NCBI GenBank assembly: GCA_041743505.1
Contig: JBGTMQ010000008.1
Location: 5,183-69,182, forward strand
DNA length: 64,000 nt
Origin: Candidatus Saccharimonadia bacterium
Lineage (GTDB): Bacteria; Patescibacteriota; Saccharimonadia; UBA4664
Direction: 5' to 3'
Part shown: piece after piece, positions 47,860 to 58,200 of the stretch
Position numbering within the stretch: position 1 is the stretch's first letter
Layout of the letters: every line of letters starts with the position of its first letter
Made by a program: the position numbers and the translations under genes
The notes under the pieces: generated by a model
What the model was told of the DNA's origin: nothing
Seen by the model: the letters and a program-made list of their open reading frames with translations, nothing else
The model's database searches: none

Positions 47860-48630
47860 ATGCCTCACTTCCTGCGAAGATTTACCCCTCTCTTACTCGT
47901 GCTAGCTTTGCTTACCGGCGCCCTTGGAGCCCTCGCCGGCTGCGCCGGCTCCAGCGAAGACGATGATGATGTGGCCTTCCCAACGGCGTTTATCAGCCCG
48001 GTGGATGGCAAGCAGTACTGCGGCTGGCGCAATACGCCGCACGAATGTGACGAGTCCGGCCTGCCTGCAGCGCCGTTTGCGTTGCCCGATGACCGGCCGG
48101 CTGATCATGATCCGAACCACTCGCTGCTTTTGGCATTGTTTGTCTACCACGCCGGCTTCCATTCGTATTATCACCGTCCGTGGTACCACGACAACTACAT
48201 CGAGCCGGCCTGGCGGCGCCACCCACATCAGCCGAATTACCGGCGGATTGACCGGGGTAGCTACGAAAGAGTCTCCAGGGACTTCGATACCCGTCACCGA
48301 TCGCTGGCGCAAGTTGAAGAGAAGAAGGTTACCTACCAGACCGCCAAGGGTAAAACCTATAAAGGCAACCAGGTTCCCCAGAAGTTGTTCGCCGGAACCA
48401 ATGCCAAACCCAAGGCGGGCGGTAATGCGCCGGGAGTCACAAACCCGCAGCCCAGCCAGGTGAATTCACCGAGACCCGGTACCACGGGAACTCCTCCGGG
48501 CAACCAGGGCACCTCTCCATCGGCGGTCAACCGGCCACCCCCAGTGGTTAACCAACCGCCCCCGGTGAAGCCCAAGCCCAAGGAGAAAGTCGACCCGCCC
48601 AAGCCTAAGCCTAAAGTAAAGACTAAGTAG
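47860..48630 (+). CDS. Lipoprotein, His/Tyr-rich core with a Pro/Lys-rich C-terminal tail
   Basis: Signal peptide plus lipobox LAGC. HSYYHRPWYHDNY. PPPVVNQPPPVKPKPKEK tail. Confidence 0.65.
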   Translation: MPHFLRRFTPLLLVLALLTGALGALAGCAGSSEDDDDVAFPTAFISPVDGKQYCGWRNTPHECDESGLPAAPFALPDDRPADHDPNHSLLLALFVYHAGFHSYYHRPWYHDNYIEPAWRRHPHQPNYRRIDRGSYERVSRDFDTRHRSLAQVEEKKVTYQTAKGKTYKGNQVPQKLFAGTNAKPKAGGNAPGVTNPQPSQVNSPRPGTTGTPPGNQGTSPSAVNRPPPVVNQPPPVKPKPKEKVDPPKPKPKVKTK

Positions 48631-48638
48631 GCAGGCTG

Positions 48639-49169
48639 ATGGCCGTCAAGATGAGTACCTGTGGGTTGATTGTCATTCGCGGTAACCCCTACGAATACCA
48701 ACCTGGACTGTACGAGGAGACAACCACCGACGGAGACCCTGCGATTGCTGTTGAGTTTAGTCAGCAGCGCGTGGCGCGGGAAGGCCTGGAGGTGGGCCAC
48801 CCGGAAGCCACCTTCTGGGCCGCCGCAGTGCACCCCGATATTGTCGACCGGCGACCGAATCTGGACGCCGATATGGCAGTTGACCCGGACCGTGAGATGG
48901 AGCTTCATCCAATAATGTCCATATTCACGGTCTGTGGCTGGTATCTGGACAACGGCCAGACCTACAGTGATTGGTGGTCGGCTCACGGTCCAAAGATGGC
49001 TTATCTGCACGCTTGGGACTTGGCCCAGCAGGATGGGCGGACCCTGCTCCTGGCCAACGTCCACGACGGACAGCTACCCCGGTATTTGCCATTTACGTTC
49101 GCGGATCCCAGCTGCACATCGGAAGCAATGATGCGGGATCTGATGAGCGAGTATGTCGTCCTCAGCTGA
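48639..49169 (+). CDS. Hypothetical protein (176 aa)
   Basis: AGGCAGG SD. No motif recognised. Confidence 0.55.
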   Translation: MAVKMSTCGLIVIRGNPYEYQPGLYEETTTDGDPAIAVEFSQQRVAREGLEVGHPEATFWAAAVHPDIVDRRPNLDADMAVDPDREMELHPIMSIFTVCGWYLDNGQTYSDWWSAHGPKMAYLHAWDLAQQDGRTLLLANVHDGQLPRYLPFTFADPSCTSEAMMRDLMSEYVVLS

Positions 49170-49177
49170 TCGCTATG

Positions 49178-49218
49178 CCCGGTTTCATCACTAGATGAAA
49201 CCGGGCACTTTCTTTTTG
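49178..49218. terminator. Bidirectional terminator CCCGGTTTCAT-N6-ATGAAACCGGG followed by CACTTTCTTTTTG
   Basis: Perfect 11-bp stem between the convergent 48639-49169 gene and xth. Confidence 0.75.
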
Positions 49219-50100
49219 TTATAGATCCAACGTTACACTCACCGGGCAATGATCCGAGCCCATCACCGCGGGGTAAATGTCGGCGGCCGTGACTTTGTCG
49301 CGCAAAGTGCCGGATACTAGTACATAATCAATCCGCCAGCCGACGTTCCGGGCCCTGGCGCCGCCAAAATTACTCCACCAGGTATAGTAGCCGTTACCTT
49401 CTTTAAACATGCGCAGGGTGTCCACAAACCCGGCATCAATAAAGGCTTGAAAGCCGGCCCGCTCCTCATCAGTGAAGCCTTTCTTGCCGCGGTTAGGCTG
49501 CGGGCGCGCCAAATCTAGCTCGGTGTGAGCCACGTTGAGGTCGCCGCAGAAAACTACCGGCTTGGTTTCCTCGAGGCGCCGGCAGTACGCCAAAAAAGCC
49601 GGGTCCCAGTGGTCACGACGCAGTGGTATGCGGCTGAGGTCATCTTTGGCATTGGGCGTATAAACGGTAACCACATGAAATTTCTCATACTCAGCTGCCA
49701 GAATACGCCCCTCGGTGTTAGGGTCGCCGTAACCGTCCTTAGTCATGTCGTATGATTTCCGCAAGTCGGCCGGCAAATTATTGCTGATGGCTAGCGGCTT
49801 CTCTTTACTAAAAATCGCGGTACCGGAATAGCCCCGCTTGTCCGCTGAGTTCCAATACTGCTCATAACTTGGTGCCTCGACTGAAACCTCGCTCGGTTGG
49901 GCTTTGGTTTCCTGCATGCACAAAATATCCGGCTGTTCGGCCGTAAGAAATGGCGTCAGCATGTCCTTACGCAATACCGCCCGGATGCCGTTAACGTTCC
50001 AAGAATAAAGTTTCATATCGCTAGTATAACTGAAATCGCTTTCAACCGGCAGGTTCACGGCATTTACATACTTGGCGCTGACGTGGTTGACAAAAGACAC
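49219..50100 (-). CDS. xth: Exodeoxyribonuclease III (AP endonuclease)
   Basis: MKLYSWNVNGIRA at the N-terminus and C-terminal SDHCPV. Confidence 0.9.
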   Translation of the reverse strand: MSFVNHVSAKYVNAVNLPVESDFSYTSDMKLYSWNVNGIRAVLRKDMLTPFLTAEQPDILCMQETKAQPSEVSVEAPSYEQYWNSADKRGYSGTAIFSKEKPLAISNNLPADLRKSYDMTKDGYGDPNTEGRILAAEYEKFHVVTVYTPNAKDDLSRIPLRRDHWDPAFLAYCRRLEETKPVVFCGDLNVAHTELDLARPQPNRGKKGFTDEERAGFQAFIDAGFVDTLRMFKEGNGYYTWWSNFGGARARNVGWRIDYVLVSGTLRDKVTAADIYPAVMGSDHCPVSVTLDL

Positions 50101-50535
50101 ATACCCTGGTATCTTGCTTATTATAACTCCGGCAATTCACGACAACGCCGATATGCGTTATCCCCGGGGGACTGGTAAAGTAGCTGACACTTGCCAGGGT
50201 GCTGATCACATCGCACCGGAAGTCAGCACACAGCAGGCACTCCATGAGGGGGTGGAGAGCTTCTCCGGCTGGCGCTTCGGCGCAATAGGGAGAATCTCTC
50301 GGGTCGGGCCGCCAACGCAGCTCGCAAATTCGCTGAAGAGCGCTCAAATTGGGGGATTTGAACGCAAAGTTCAGCACGAGCGGTCACCTGCAATGTATCC
50401 CGAGTACATTGGTGACCGCCGCAAACATCTACCGGCCATCCAACAGGATGGTGCGCAAACCCTAGACCCCCAACTGGGGTTAACCTGTAGTCCGCCCGGC
50501 GCACCCTGCGCCGGGCGGACCAAACTTTTTATGGC
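50101..50535 (+). ncRNA. Candidate structured non-coding RNA of unknown class, ending in tandem rho-independent terminators at 50490-50532 and 50533-50550
   Basis: There is no plus-strand CDS upstream because xth is on the minus strand. Perfect hairpins lie at 50199-50229 and 50382-50417. The terminator GTCCGCCCGGCGC-ACCCT-GCGCCGGGCGGAC with a T-run is followed by GGCCATTTGGCC and another T-run. Confidence 0.35.
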
Positions 50536-50582
50536 CATTTGGCCCTTTTTTGATTGAAGCTCCTGTGCTAACCTAGGAACCT

Positions 50583-51863
50583 ATGGAAACCAAGATCACC
50601 TCGCAGACCGAAACTGAAGCCCAATTTACCGTCACACTCAACGAAACTGAGCTAAAAACAGCCGTTAAACATGTCTTTGACGAACTGCGCCCAAGAGTCA
50701 AAGCCGCCGGTTTTAGACCGGGTAAGGCCCCGGATCACATCGTAGAGCGGGAGCTGGGCTCTTCCTACGTTCAAAGCGAGGTAATGGAACACGCTGTACA
50801 AGAGAGCTACGCCAAGGCCGTACGCGAGCAGAAGCTGGCCGTCGTTGCCCCGCCTCAAGTCAGCCTGGAAAAATTCGTTCCTTACACTCAGCTCGAATAC
50901 AAGGCCACCGTCGAGCTAATGCCCAAAGTCAAACTAGCCAGCTACCATGACTTCCGCCTGCCCCGGCCGTCCGTGACCATTGACAAGGCCGAGGTCGAGA
51001 AGACGCTTGAAGACCTTCGCCGACGCGAGGCAACCCGTCTCGAGTCTGACAATCCGGCCAAGACCGGGGATGAAGTCAACTTTGATTTTGACGGCACCAA
51101 GGACTCTCAGCCGGTCCGCGGCGCCAGTGCCAAAGGTCAAACCTTGCTCCTGGGTTCGAGCCAGTTTATTCCTGGCTTCGAAGAGGAGCTGCTTGGCCTT
51201 AAAGCCGGCTCCGACAAAAGCTTTGATATTACATTCCCCAAGGACTATCACGAAGGCTCATTGGCCGGCCAGGTCGTTACCTTCAAAGTCAAGGTCAACA
51301 CCGTGACCGAACTAGTGTTGGCGGATGTGAATGACGAATTCGCGGCGAAGGTCAGCCCCTACAAAACCATTGAAGAGCTCAAGGGCAACATTCTAGAACA
51401 AGTTACGTCCCAGAAAGCCGAGGAAGTATCGCGTCAATATGAGCAGCAAGTCTTGGACAAGCTACTGAAAGAGAGCCAATTCTCCGCTCCGGATGCCCTA
51501 GTGCAGCAGCAACTCCAGCGAATGAGGTCGGAGTTGGCTCAAAATTTGTCCTACAGCGGACTCGACCTCGATAAATACGCTCAGTTATCGGGCAAGACAC
51601 TCGAGCAGCTGGACGAGGAAATGCGTCCAGAAGCCACCCGCCGGGTCGGGCTGGCCATAGTCTTAACCGAGGTAGCAGCCGCCGAGAAACTAGCGGTTAA
51701 TTCTGTGGACCTCGATGATGAAATCGCCCGCATGAAGTCGCAGTACCGCGATGAAGCAACTCGCGCCGAGCTTGACAACCCAAACACCCGCGAAGAGATA
51801 TACAATCACCTGATGGCCTCGCGCGTTATCGCCAAACTCCTCAGCTACGCAGAGCAAAAATAA
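50583..51863 (+). CDS. tig: Trigger factor
   Basis: GFRPGKAP signature. 426 aa. Confidence 0.9.
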   Translation: METKITSQTETEAQFTVTLNETELKTAVKHVFDELRPRVKAAGFRPGKAPDHIVERELGSSYVQSEVMEHAVQESYAKAVREQKLAVVAPPQVSLEKFVPYTQLEYKATVELMPKVKLASYHDFRLPRPSVTIDKAEVEKTLEDLRRREATRLESDNPAKTGDEVNFDFDGTKDSQPVRGASAKGQTLLLGSSQFIPGFEEELLGLKAGSDKSFDITFPKDYHEGSLAGQVVTFKVKVNTVTELVLADVNDEFAAKVSPYKTIEELKGNILEQVTSQKAEEVSRQYEQQVLDKLLKESQFSAPDALVQQQLQRMRSELAQNLSYSGLDLDKYAQLSGKTLEQLDEEMRPEATRRVGLAIVLTEVAAAEKLAVNSVDLDDEIARMKSQYRDEATRAELDNPNTREEIYNHLMASRVIAKLLSYAEQK

Positions 51864-51873
51864 AGGAGCAGCC

Positions 51874-52479
51874 GTGCCAATCCGCGGAATTGGTTTTGAC
51901 TACCTGGGTGTCACGGCCCATATGCCACCGGGAGATTTCTGGGGTGACATAGCCCGGATCTTCGGCCTCACAGTCGATGAAGTCCGTGCAGCCTACCGTG
52001 TCCATCGCCTCAAATTGCAATTAGGCCAAGTAACTGCACCGGAACTTTGGCAGCTCGTTGCGGCTGACCTAGATCAACCGGGCAAAGCCGGGCTCATCCG
52101 CCAGCGCGACGGCGGCACTCCTACGGTTGATCCCCAGATCACCGCCCTGGCCGGCCAGCTAAGGACTACCGGCTATCGGGTCGGCATTCTGAGCAACCTG
52201 TCGGGGTCCTGGGTCGACTATTTGTACGCCCAGGGCACCCACCAGCATTTCGACGCAGTAGTTGTATCTGCCGATGCCGGCTACGCCAAGCCAGATCCGC
52301 GGGCCTACCAGCTCTTAGCCAGCAAACTGGGCGTTGCCACCGACGAACTTGTCTTCATCGATGATCGCCAGGAAGCAGTCGAGGGCATAGATCAACTGGG
52401 TATTACACCCATTCTGTATCGGGGATACGACCGCCTTGTTGCGGAGCTCGCGCGCCATGGTATCGAGGTAAGCTCGTAA
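51874..52479 (+). CDS. HAD-superfamily hydrolase
   Basis: C-terminal HAD motif LVFIDD. AAGGAG SD with a GTG start. Confidence 0.65.
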   Translation: MPIRGIGFDYLGVTAHMPPGDFWGDIARIFGLTVDEVRAAYRVHRLKLQLGQVTAPELWQLVAADLDQPGKAGLIRQRDGGTPTVDPQITALAGQLRTTGYRVGILSNLSGSWVDYLYAQGTHQHFDAVVVSADAGYAKPDPRAYQLLASKLGVATDELVFIDDRQEAVEGIDQLGITPILYRGYDRLVAELARHGIEVSS

Positions 52480-52604
52480 AAAAAGCCCTGCTAAAAATTG
52501 CTCAGTTTCCTTCGCAGAGTCCAACACAAGGTCATGTCCACCCAATGTGCGCCGGGAAATCAATTGGCAGGTCGCATCACTGGGCTAATTCTTGCACCAG
52601 AAAC

Positions 52605-52631
52605 CTAGCACTCACCACCGTAGAGTGCTAA
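52605..52631 (+). promoter_or_regulatory. CIRCE operator cTAGCACTC-N9-GAGTGCTAA upstream of clpP
   Basis: 17 of 18 consensus positions match. Lies 55 nt upstream of the clpP TTG start. TTGCAC at 52592-52597. Confidence 0.7.
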
Positions 52632-52685
52632 TATAGGGTTAAGACCGTAATGGGCCTTAACCCTACTTTTGACAAGGAGCCACCA

Positions 52686-53279
52686 TTGATCAACCCCCAT
52701 AACTCAATCCTCGTCCCAACCGTCATCGAGAAGACCTCGATGGGCGAGCGGGCCTATGATATTTATTCGCGCTTACTGAAAGAGCGTATTATCTTCCTCG
52801 GCACCGGCATCGACGACACTGTAGCTAACCTCGTGGTGGCACAGCTACTATTTCTTGAATCCGAAGATGCCGACAAAGACATCAAGATCTATATCAACTC
52901 GCCGGGCGGTAGCGTTTATGCCGGCCTAGCCATGCTCGACACCATGAACCTGATCAAGCCAGACGTATCAACCATCTGCGTCGGCATGGCCGCTTCCATG
53001 GGCGCCGTCCTGCTAGCTGCCGGTGCCAAAGGCAAGCGTTTCTCTCTGCCGCACGCCCGCATAATGATCCACCAGGGCTCTGCCGGTTTCGAAGGCACCC
53101 CCTCAGACATCGAGATCACCGCCCGCGAAATCCTTAGGGCCCGCGAAACCCTCGATGGAATCCTGGCTGAGCGCACCGGCCAAAGCCTGGAGCAAGTTCA
53201 CAAAGACACCGACCGTGATAAGTGGATGAGCGCCCAGGAGGCGACCGAATACGGCTTGATCGACAAGGTTATTAGCTAA
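52686..53279 (+). CDS. clpP: ATP-dependent Clp protease proteolytic subunit
   Basis: Catalytic Ser ([10 protein letters not shown]) and His (MIHQGSAG). AAGGAG SD before the TTG at 52686. Confidence 0.9.
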   Translation: MINPHNSILVPTVIEKTSMGERAYDIYSRLLKERIIFLGTGIDDTVANLVVAQLLFLESEDADKDIKIYINSPGGSVYAGLAMLDTMNLIKPDVSTICVGMAASMGAVLLAAGAKGKRFSLPHARIMIHQGSAGFEGTPSDIEITAREILRARETLDGILAERTGQSLEQVHKDTDRDKWMSAQEATEYGLIDKVIS

Positions 53280-53328
53280 AGTTCGGAATCTATACCAGAT
53301 ATGGGCCACAAAGTGGTAGAATATATTT

Positions 53329-53973
53329 ATGTTTGACGAAGCTAACATATTTCTAAAACCCAATGACCCCCTTTTACTTAAAATTGCTCCGGAGGTGCCG
53401 GCCGCCCATGTTGGCTCACCAGAGGTTCAACAAGACATTGAGCGAATGCTTAATGTAGCCTACGGCGAGCAAACCGATCGCACCAAACCAGTCTTGGTCG
53501 GTTTAGCAGCCACACAAATTGGAATTCTCCGGCGGGTTATCCTTGTCGATGTATCAGCTGAAGGACATGGCAAGGTAGGTGACCTGCGAGTTTATATCAA
53601 CCCCGAAATTGTGTGGCGTTCGAAAGAGACGGATGAATGGTATGAAGGCTGCTTCTCTACCGGCCGGGTTAATGGGGTTGTTGCGCGTCCGGACAAGGTT
53701 CGCGTTAAGGCTCTGACTACATACGGAGATGAGGTCGTCGAAGACTACAGCGGATATACTGCCCGCATCTTCCAGCACGAAATCGATCACCTGGACGGCA
53801 TTGAATTTGTTTCTCGCATCACCGACGATGACAAGCTTCATTGGGTTGAAGACAATGAGTATCCTGATTACCGCGATAGCGAGCACTGGCGAAATTGGCC
53901 AAAAAAATGCTCGCGTGAGGAGTGGCACAAGATCAAAGGGATTTATCCGGACGCAGGCAAAGTCATTAGCTAA
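53329..53973 (+). CDS. def: Peptide deformylase with a roughly 50-aa C-terminal extension
   Basis: Motifs GLAATQIG, EGCFS and QHEIDHLDG. Confidence 0.85.
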   Translation: MFDEANIFLKPNDPLLLKIAPEVPAAHVGSPEVQQDIERMLNVAYGEQTDRTKPVLVGLAATQIGILRRVILVDVSAEGHGKVGDLRVYINPEIVWRSKETDEWYEGCFSTGRVNGVVARPDKVRVKALTTYGDEVVEDYSGYTARIFQHEIDHLDGIEFVSRITDDDKLHWVEDNEYPDYRDSEHWRNWPKKCSREEWHKIKGIYPDAGKVIS

Positions 53974-54052
53974 GTGACTTCAGCACGCAGGTGTTGTATG
54001 CTCCGGTCTGTCCACTGTATGTCTCTCGGTTAACTATCAATAAGGAGGATTA

Positions 54053-54865
54053 GTGGCCACCGGCAGAGGCAATGACCATCCGCGGGCGGTCGGGTTGGTA
54101 GTCTGGCCGCACGTCAATGGCGATCTGATAGTGCTCGTAAATCAGGCAGATACCATAACCACTCACGCGATCAGTCACAAGTTCGGGGTAGTCAGTCAGG
54201 AAGATTGGCTAATAAGGCAAATCCTAAACTTACTACCCGATCAACCAGCGTATATCGGAATCGAAGGGCTATACGAGCTGCAGCTACGGGCCAAGTGCGA
54301 CGATATCATCGGTCACTTGTTAGTAACTCAGGAGATCAAACAGGTAGGCGACGAGTTAGCGCATCGGACGATGGCGGCGTTGCCCAATGAAATCCTACGA
54401 TATCCCAGACCGCACTGGTATCCCGTACCTCCAGACATCGATCAATATACAGTCGGCACTGATGCTTCCGTCACACCACGGCGTGGAGCATGGGCCTATA
54501 TCACCGGGAGTGGTTGGTATGCTTCTGGAATCGTCAGGACCAATAGCGTACCTTTGGCAGAATGGATTGCGGCTTGTGAAGCTCTTAGTATCTTCCATGA
54601 CGGCGCCCGGGTGACCTTGCTTGTAGATAATAGCGACGTAATCGAAACCATGCAGGCGATTATTCAGGGGCTACGGTCGCACAAGCCTAGTTGGCTGACT
54701 GAACGGGCCTACAGGCGCGGTGTTAAAAACCTAAGTCGCCTTACGGTCTTGCCTGAGTGGATTCCACGCGCCAGCCATGTGCTAAATGGCCTGGCCGACC
54801 AGCTTTGCGGACATGTTAGCCGGGGGCTAGCTTCGCCGACAGTCTCCTTGGCTAAGGCTCTCTAG
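54053..54865 (+). CDS. RNase H (type 1-like) domain protein with a roughly 130-aa N-terminal domain of unknown function
   Basis: C-terminal half carries GTDAS..AWAYI, AEWIAACEAL, LVDNSD and HVLNGLADQL (DEDD-type RNase H motifs). AAGGAGG SD with a GTG start. Confidence 0.65.
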   Translation: MATGRGNDHPRAVGLVVWPHVNGDLIVLVNQADTITTHAISHKFGVVSQEDWLIRQILNLLPDQPAYIGIEGLYELQLRAKCDDIIGHLLVTQEIKQVGDELAHRTMAALPNEILRYPRPHWYPVPPDIDQYTVGTDASVTPRRGAWAYITGSGWYASGIVRTNSVPLAEWIAACEALSIFHDGARVTLLVDNSDVIETMQAIIQGLRSHKPSWLTERAYRRGVKNLSRLTVLPEWIPRASHVLNGLADQLCGHVSRGLASPTVSLAKAL

Positions 54866-54900
54866 CCTCAATCAGCTTACTAGTCTCGAAAGGACCTCAC

Positions 54901-54941
54901 GAGCCACCTGCGTCCAATCCAGGTGGCTCTCTATTTTGTTT
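54901..54941 (+). terminator. Rho-independent terminator GAGCCACCTG-N9-CAGGTGGCTC followed by TCTATTTTGTTT
   Basis: Perfect 10-bp stem. Confidence 0.75.
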
Positions 54942-55223
54942 AGATAGCATCCGGGAGAAGTAAAACATAAGGTCTCGGCAAAGACTATAGCTCCCGCGCC
55001 GACAGTGCCTTCTACCGGCTCCTTCTACTTCAGTCTTGACACTTCTAACATACTGCATCAAGATAGATATTAAGAGGATGCTTAAATCAACAACTAGGGC
55101 CTACGCGCCCCTAGTTTTATGTGTTTAGAAAAACCTCGGCCAACACATCCCATTTGCTGGACGCAGCAATCATCTCTTTTTATAGAGCAGTTAAATATTA
55201 GGTAACGTCGAAAGGAGTCTGCC

Positions 55224-58200
55224 TTGGCCCAGCCTGGAGCACGCACTCGTAAAACTCTCAACAAAACCAAAGATGTCTTGCCGTTACCAAACCTCATCGA
55301 GATCCAGCTGGACTCGTATAATTGGTTTGTGACCGAAGGCCTCAATGAGCTCTTTGCCGAAATTAATCCCATCGATGATTTCACCGGCAAGAGCCTCGCG
55401 TTGTATCTGCGCGATTTTCATTTTGAAGAGCCCAAGTACACCGAAAAAACCGCCAAGATCAAGAACGCCAGCTACGAAGTACCTTTGAAAGCCAAGGCTG
55501 AGCTGGTCAATAAAGAAACTGGCGAGGTCCGTGAGCAAGAAATTTTCTTAGGCGATTACCCTTTGATGACCGAGCGCGGAACCTTTGTAATTAATGGTGC
55601 CGAACGCGTGGTAGTCTCGCAACTCGTTCGCTCGCCCGGCGTCTTCTTCACCTCTGAGCGCGGCGCAGCAGGCGAGCTGTTTGGAGCCAAAGTTATACCT
55701 GGCCGGGGTGCCTGGCTCGAGCTTGATACCAGCGCCGGCGGAGTCATCTCCGTTAAAATTGACCGTAAGCGCAAGCTGCCGGTTACGACGCTGCTGCGTG
55801 CCTTCGGCTACTCGACCGACGAGGAGATCAAGAATCTCTTTAAGGAAGCCGATGACGGCGACATCAAGTACATTGACGAAACACTCGACAAAGACCCGAG
55901 CAAAACTGTCAGCGAAGCACTCATGGAGGTCTATCGCCGCATTCGCCCGGGTGACTTGGCTACCGTGGAAAACTCCAAGAGCCTGATCGAAAGCATGTTC
56001 TTCGACTTTAAGCGCTATGACTTTAGTAAGGTCGGCCGCTACAAGTTGAATAAACGTCTCAGTCTGGATGTCTCGAACACCGCCGAGAACCGGACACTCC
56101 GCCGCGAAGACTTGGTAGCCATCGTTGCCGAGATCGTCCGACTCAACAACGGCCACGGCCAAGCCGAAGACATCGACAACCTGGCTAACCGCCGCCTCAA
56201 GATGGTCGGCGAGCTGATGCAGGGCAAATTCCGCATTGGTCTGGCCCGCATGGAACGCATCGTCAAGGACCGCATGTCGGTTTACGACACCGCTACCGTC
56301 ACGCCGGGTCAACTGGTCAACGTCCGGCCAATCGTAGCCAGCGTACGCGAGTTCTTTGCCTCCAGCCAGTTATCACAGTTCATGTCCCAGATTAACCCGC
56401 TCGACGAGGTCGTTCACAAGCGACGCCTGAACGCCATGGGCCCGGGTGGCTTGAGTCGTGAGCGTGCCGGCTTTGAAGTCCGCGACGTCCACAAGACTCA
56501 CTACGGCCGGCTATGCCCAATTGAAACACCGGAAGGACCGAACATCGGCTTGGTATCTAACTTGGCAACCTACGCCAAGGTTAATGAGTATGGTTTTATT
56601 GAAACACCCTACCGCAAAGTGGAAAAAGACGGCAAGAAGGTCCACGTAACCGACAAAATCGTCTGGCTGGATGCAGCAGATGAGGAGCAATCAGTTATCG
56701 CTGGCTACGGTGCCGAGATCGACGACAACGGCCACTTCGCTCACCCGCGCGTGGCTGCCCGCCTGAAAGGTGAAGCCGAAGAGGTTGACGCCGCCCAGGT
56801 CGACTACATGGACGTCAGCTCCAAGCAGATCGTCTCCGTCTCAGCCTCACTGATTCCGTTTGTGGAGCACGACAACGCCAAGCGCGCCCTCATGGGTGCC
56901 AACATGCAAAAGCAGGCCGTGGCGCTCATTAAGCCTCAGGCACCCATTGTCGGTACCGGCATGGAGGCCACAGTCGCCCGGGATTCAGCCCAGGTTGTCC
57001 TGGCTGAACATGAGGGAGTGGTTGACTCTTCGACGGCCAGCGAAGTTACCGTAACGTACAAGAACGGTGAAACCAAGTCATATGAATTGACCAGCTTCGC
57101 CCGCAGTAACGTCGGCACATCCATTAATCAGCGAGCCGTTGTCAAGGCCGGAGACGAGCTCAAGAAAGGTGACGTACTGGTCGATGGTATGTCCACCGAA
57201 CACGGCGAGCTGGCCTTGGGTCAGAATGTGTTGGTAGCCTTCATGAACTGGAAGGGCTTCAATTTCGAAGACGCCATCGTGATTTCGCAGCGCCTGGTAC
57301 AGGACGACCGCTATACCTCAATTCACATTGAGACCCATGCTGTTGATGTCCGTGACACTAAACTAGGGCCGGAGCAGGTCACCCGCGATATCGCCAATGT
57401 CAGCGAGGAGAGCCTCAAAGACCTCGACGAGCGCGGTATTGTCCGTATCGGTGCCGAAGTTACCGCCGGTGATATTCTGGTGGGCAAAATTACTCCTAAG
57501 GGCGAGCAGGAGCTAAGCTCCGAAGAAAAGCTACTGCGAGCTATCTTTGGTGAAAAGGCCCGCGACGTCAAAGATACCAGCTTGCGCCTGCCCAACGGCG
57601 AGCGCGGCAAAGTCGTCGGCGTCAAGGTGTTTAGTCGCGAGAACGGCGACGAACTGCAGGCTGGTGTCATTGAGCAATACCATGTCAGCGTGGCTCAGAT
57701 GCGCAAGATTTCCGTCGGCGACAAGATGGCCGGCCGTCACGGCAACAAGGGCGTCATCGCCCGGATTCTGCCTGTTGAGGACATGCCGTATTTAGAGAAC
57801 GGCACGCCTGTCGACTTCTGTCTAAACCCGCTCGGCGTCGGCAAGCGCATGAACATTGGTCAAATTTTCGAGACTCACATGGGTTGGGCCGCCGCCGCCC
57901 TGGGCTACACCGTAGCCTCCCCAGTCTTCGACGGCGTTAAGCTCGAGCAGATCAAGGCTGAGCTCAAAAAGGCCGGTTTGCCCGAAGACGGTAAGACTCA
58001 GCTGTATGACGGCCAGACGGGTGAGCCATTCCAGGAACGCACCACCGTGGGCTACAAGTACATGCTAAAACTCCAGCACATGGTCGACGACAAGATTCAT
58101 GCCCGCTCAACCGGCCCATACGCTATGGTGACCCAGCAGCCGCTTGGCGGTAAGGCTCAAATGGGCGGCCAACGCTTCGGTGAGATGGAAGTCTGGGCCC

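Noticed and set aside
50199-50229. SRP-RNA domain-IV-like motif (CCGGAAG..AGCA) in a hairpin loop
   Set aside because: The flanking sequence does not form the long helix-8 structure with conserved symmetric and asymmetric loops. It is kept only as a hint inside the ncRNA-candidate finding.
50345-50365. tRNA/tmRNA-like T-loop GTTCAAATCCCCC on the minus strand
   Set aside because: No complementary 5' T-stem (GGGGG) and no acceptor stem or CCA end were found. This is probably coincidental.
50072-50557. 161-aa plus-strand ORF, and the minus-strand ORFs 50042-50377 and 50223-50504, spanning the xth-tig intergenic region
   Set aside because: None has an SD. Their products are low-complexity and Arg/Pro-rich. 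The region is full of perfect hairpins and terminators, which is more consistent with non-coding RNA.
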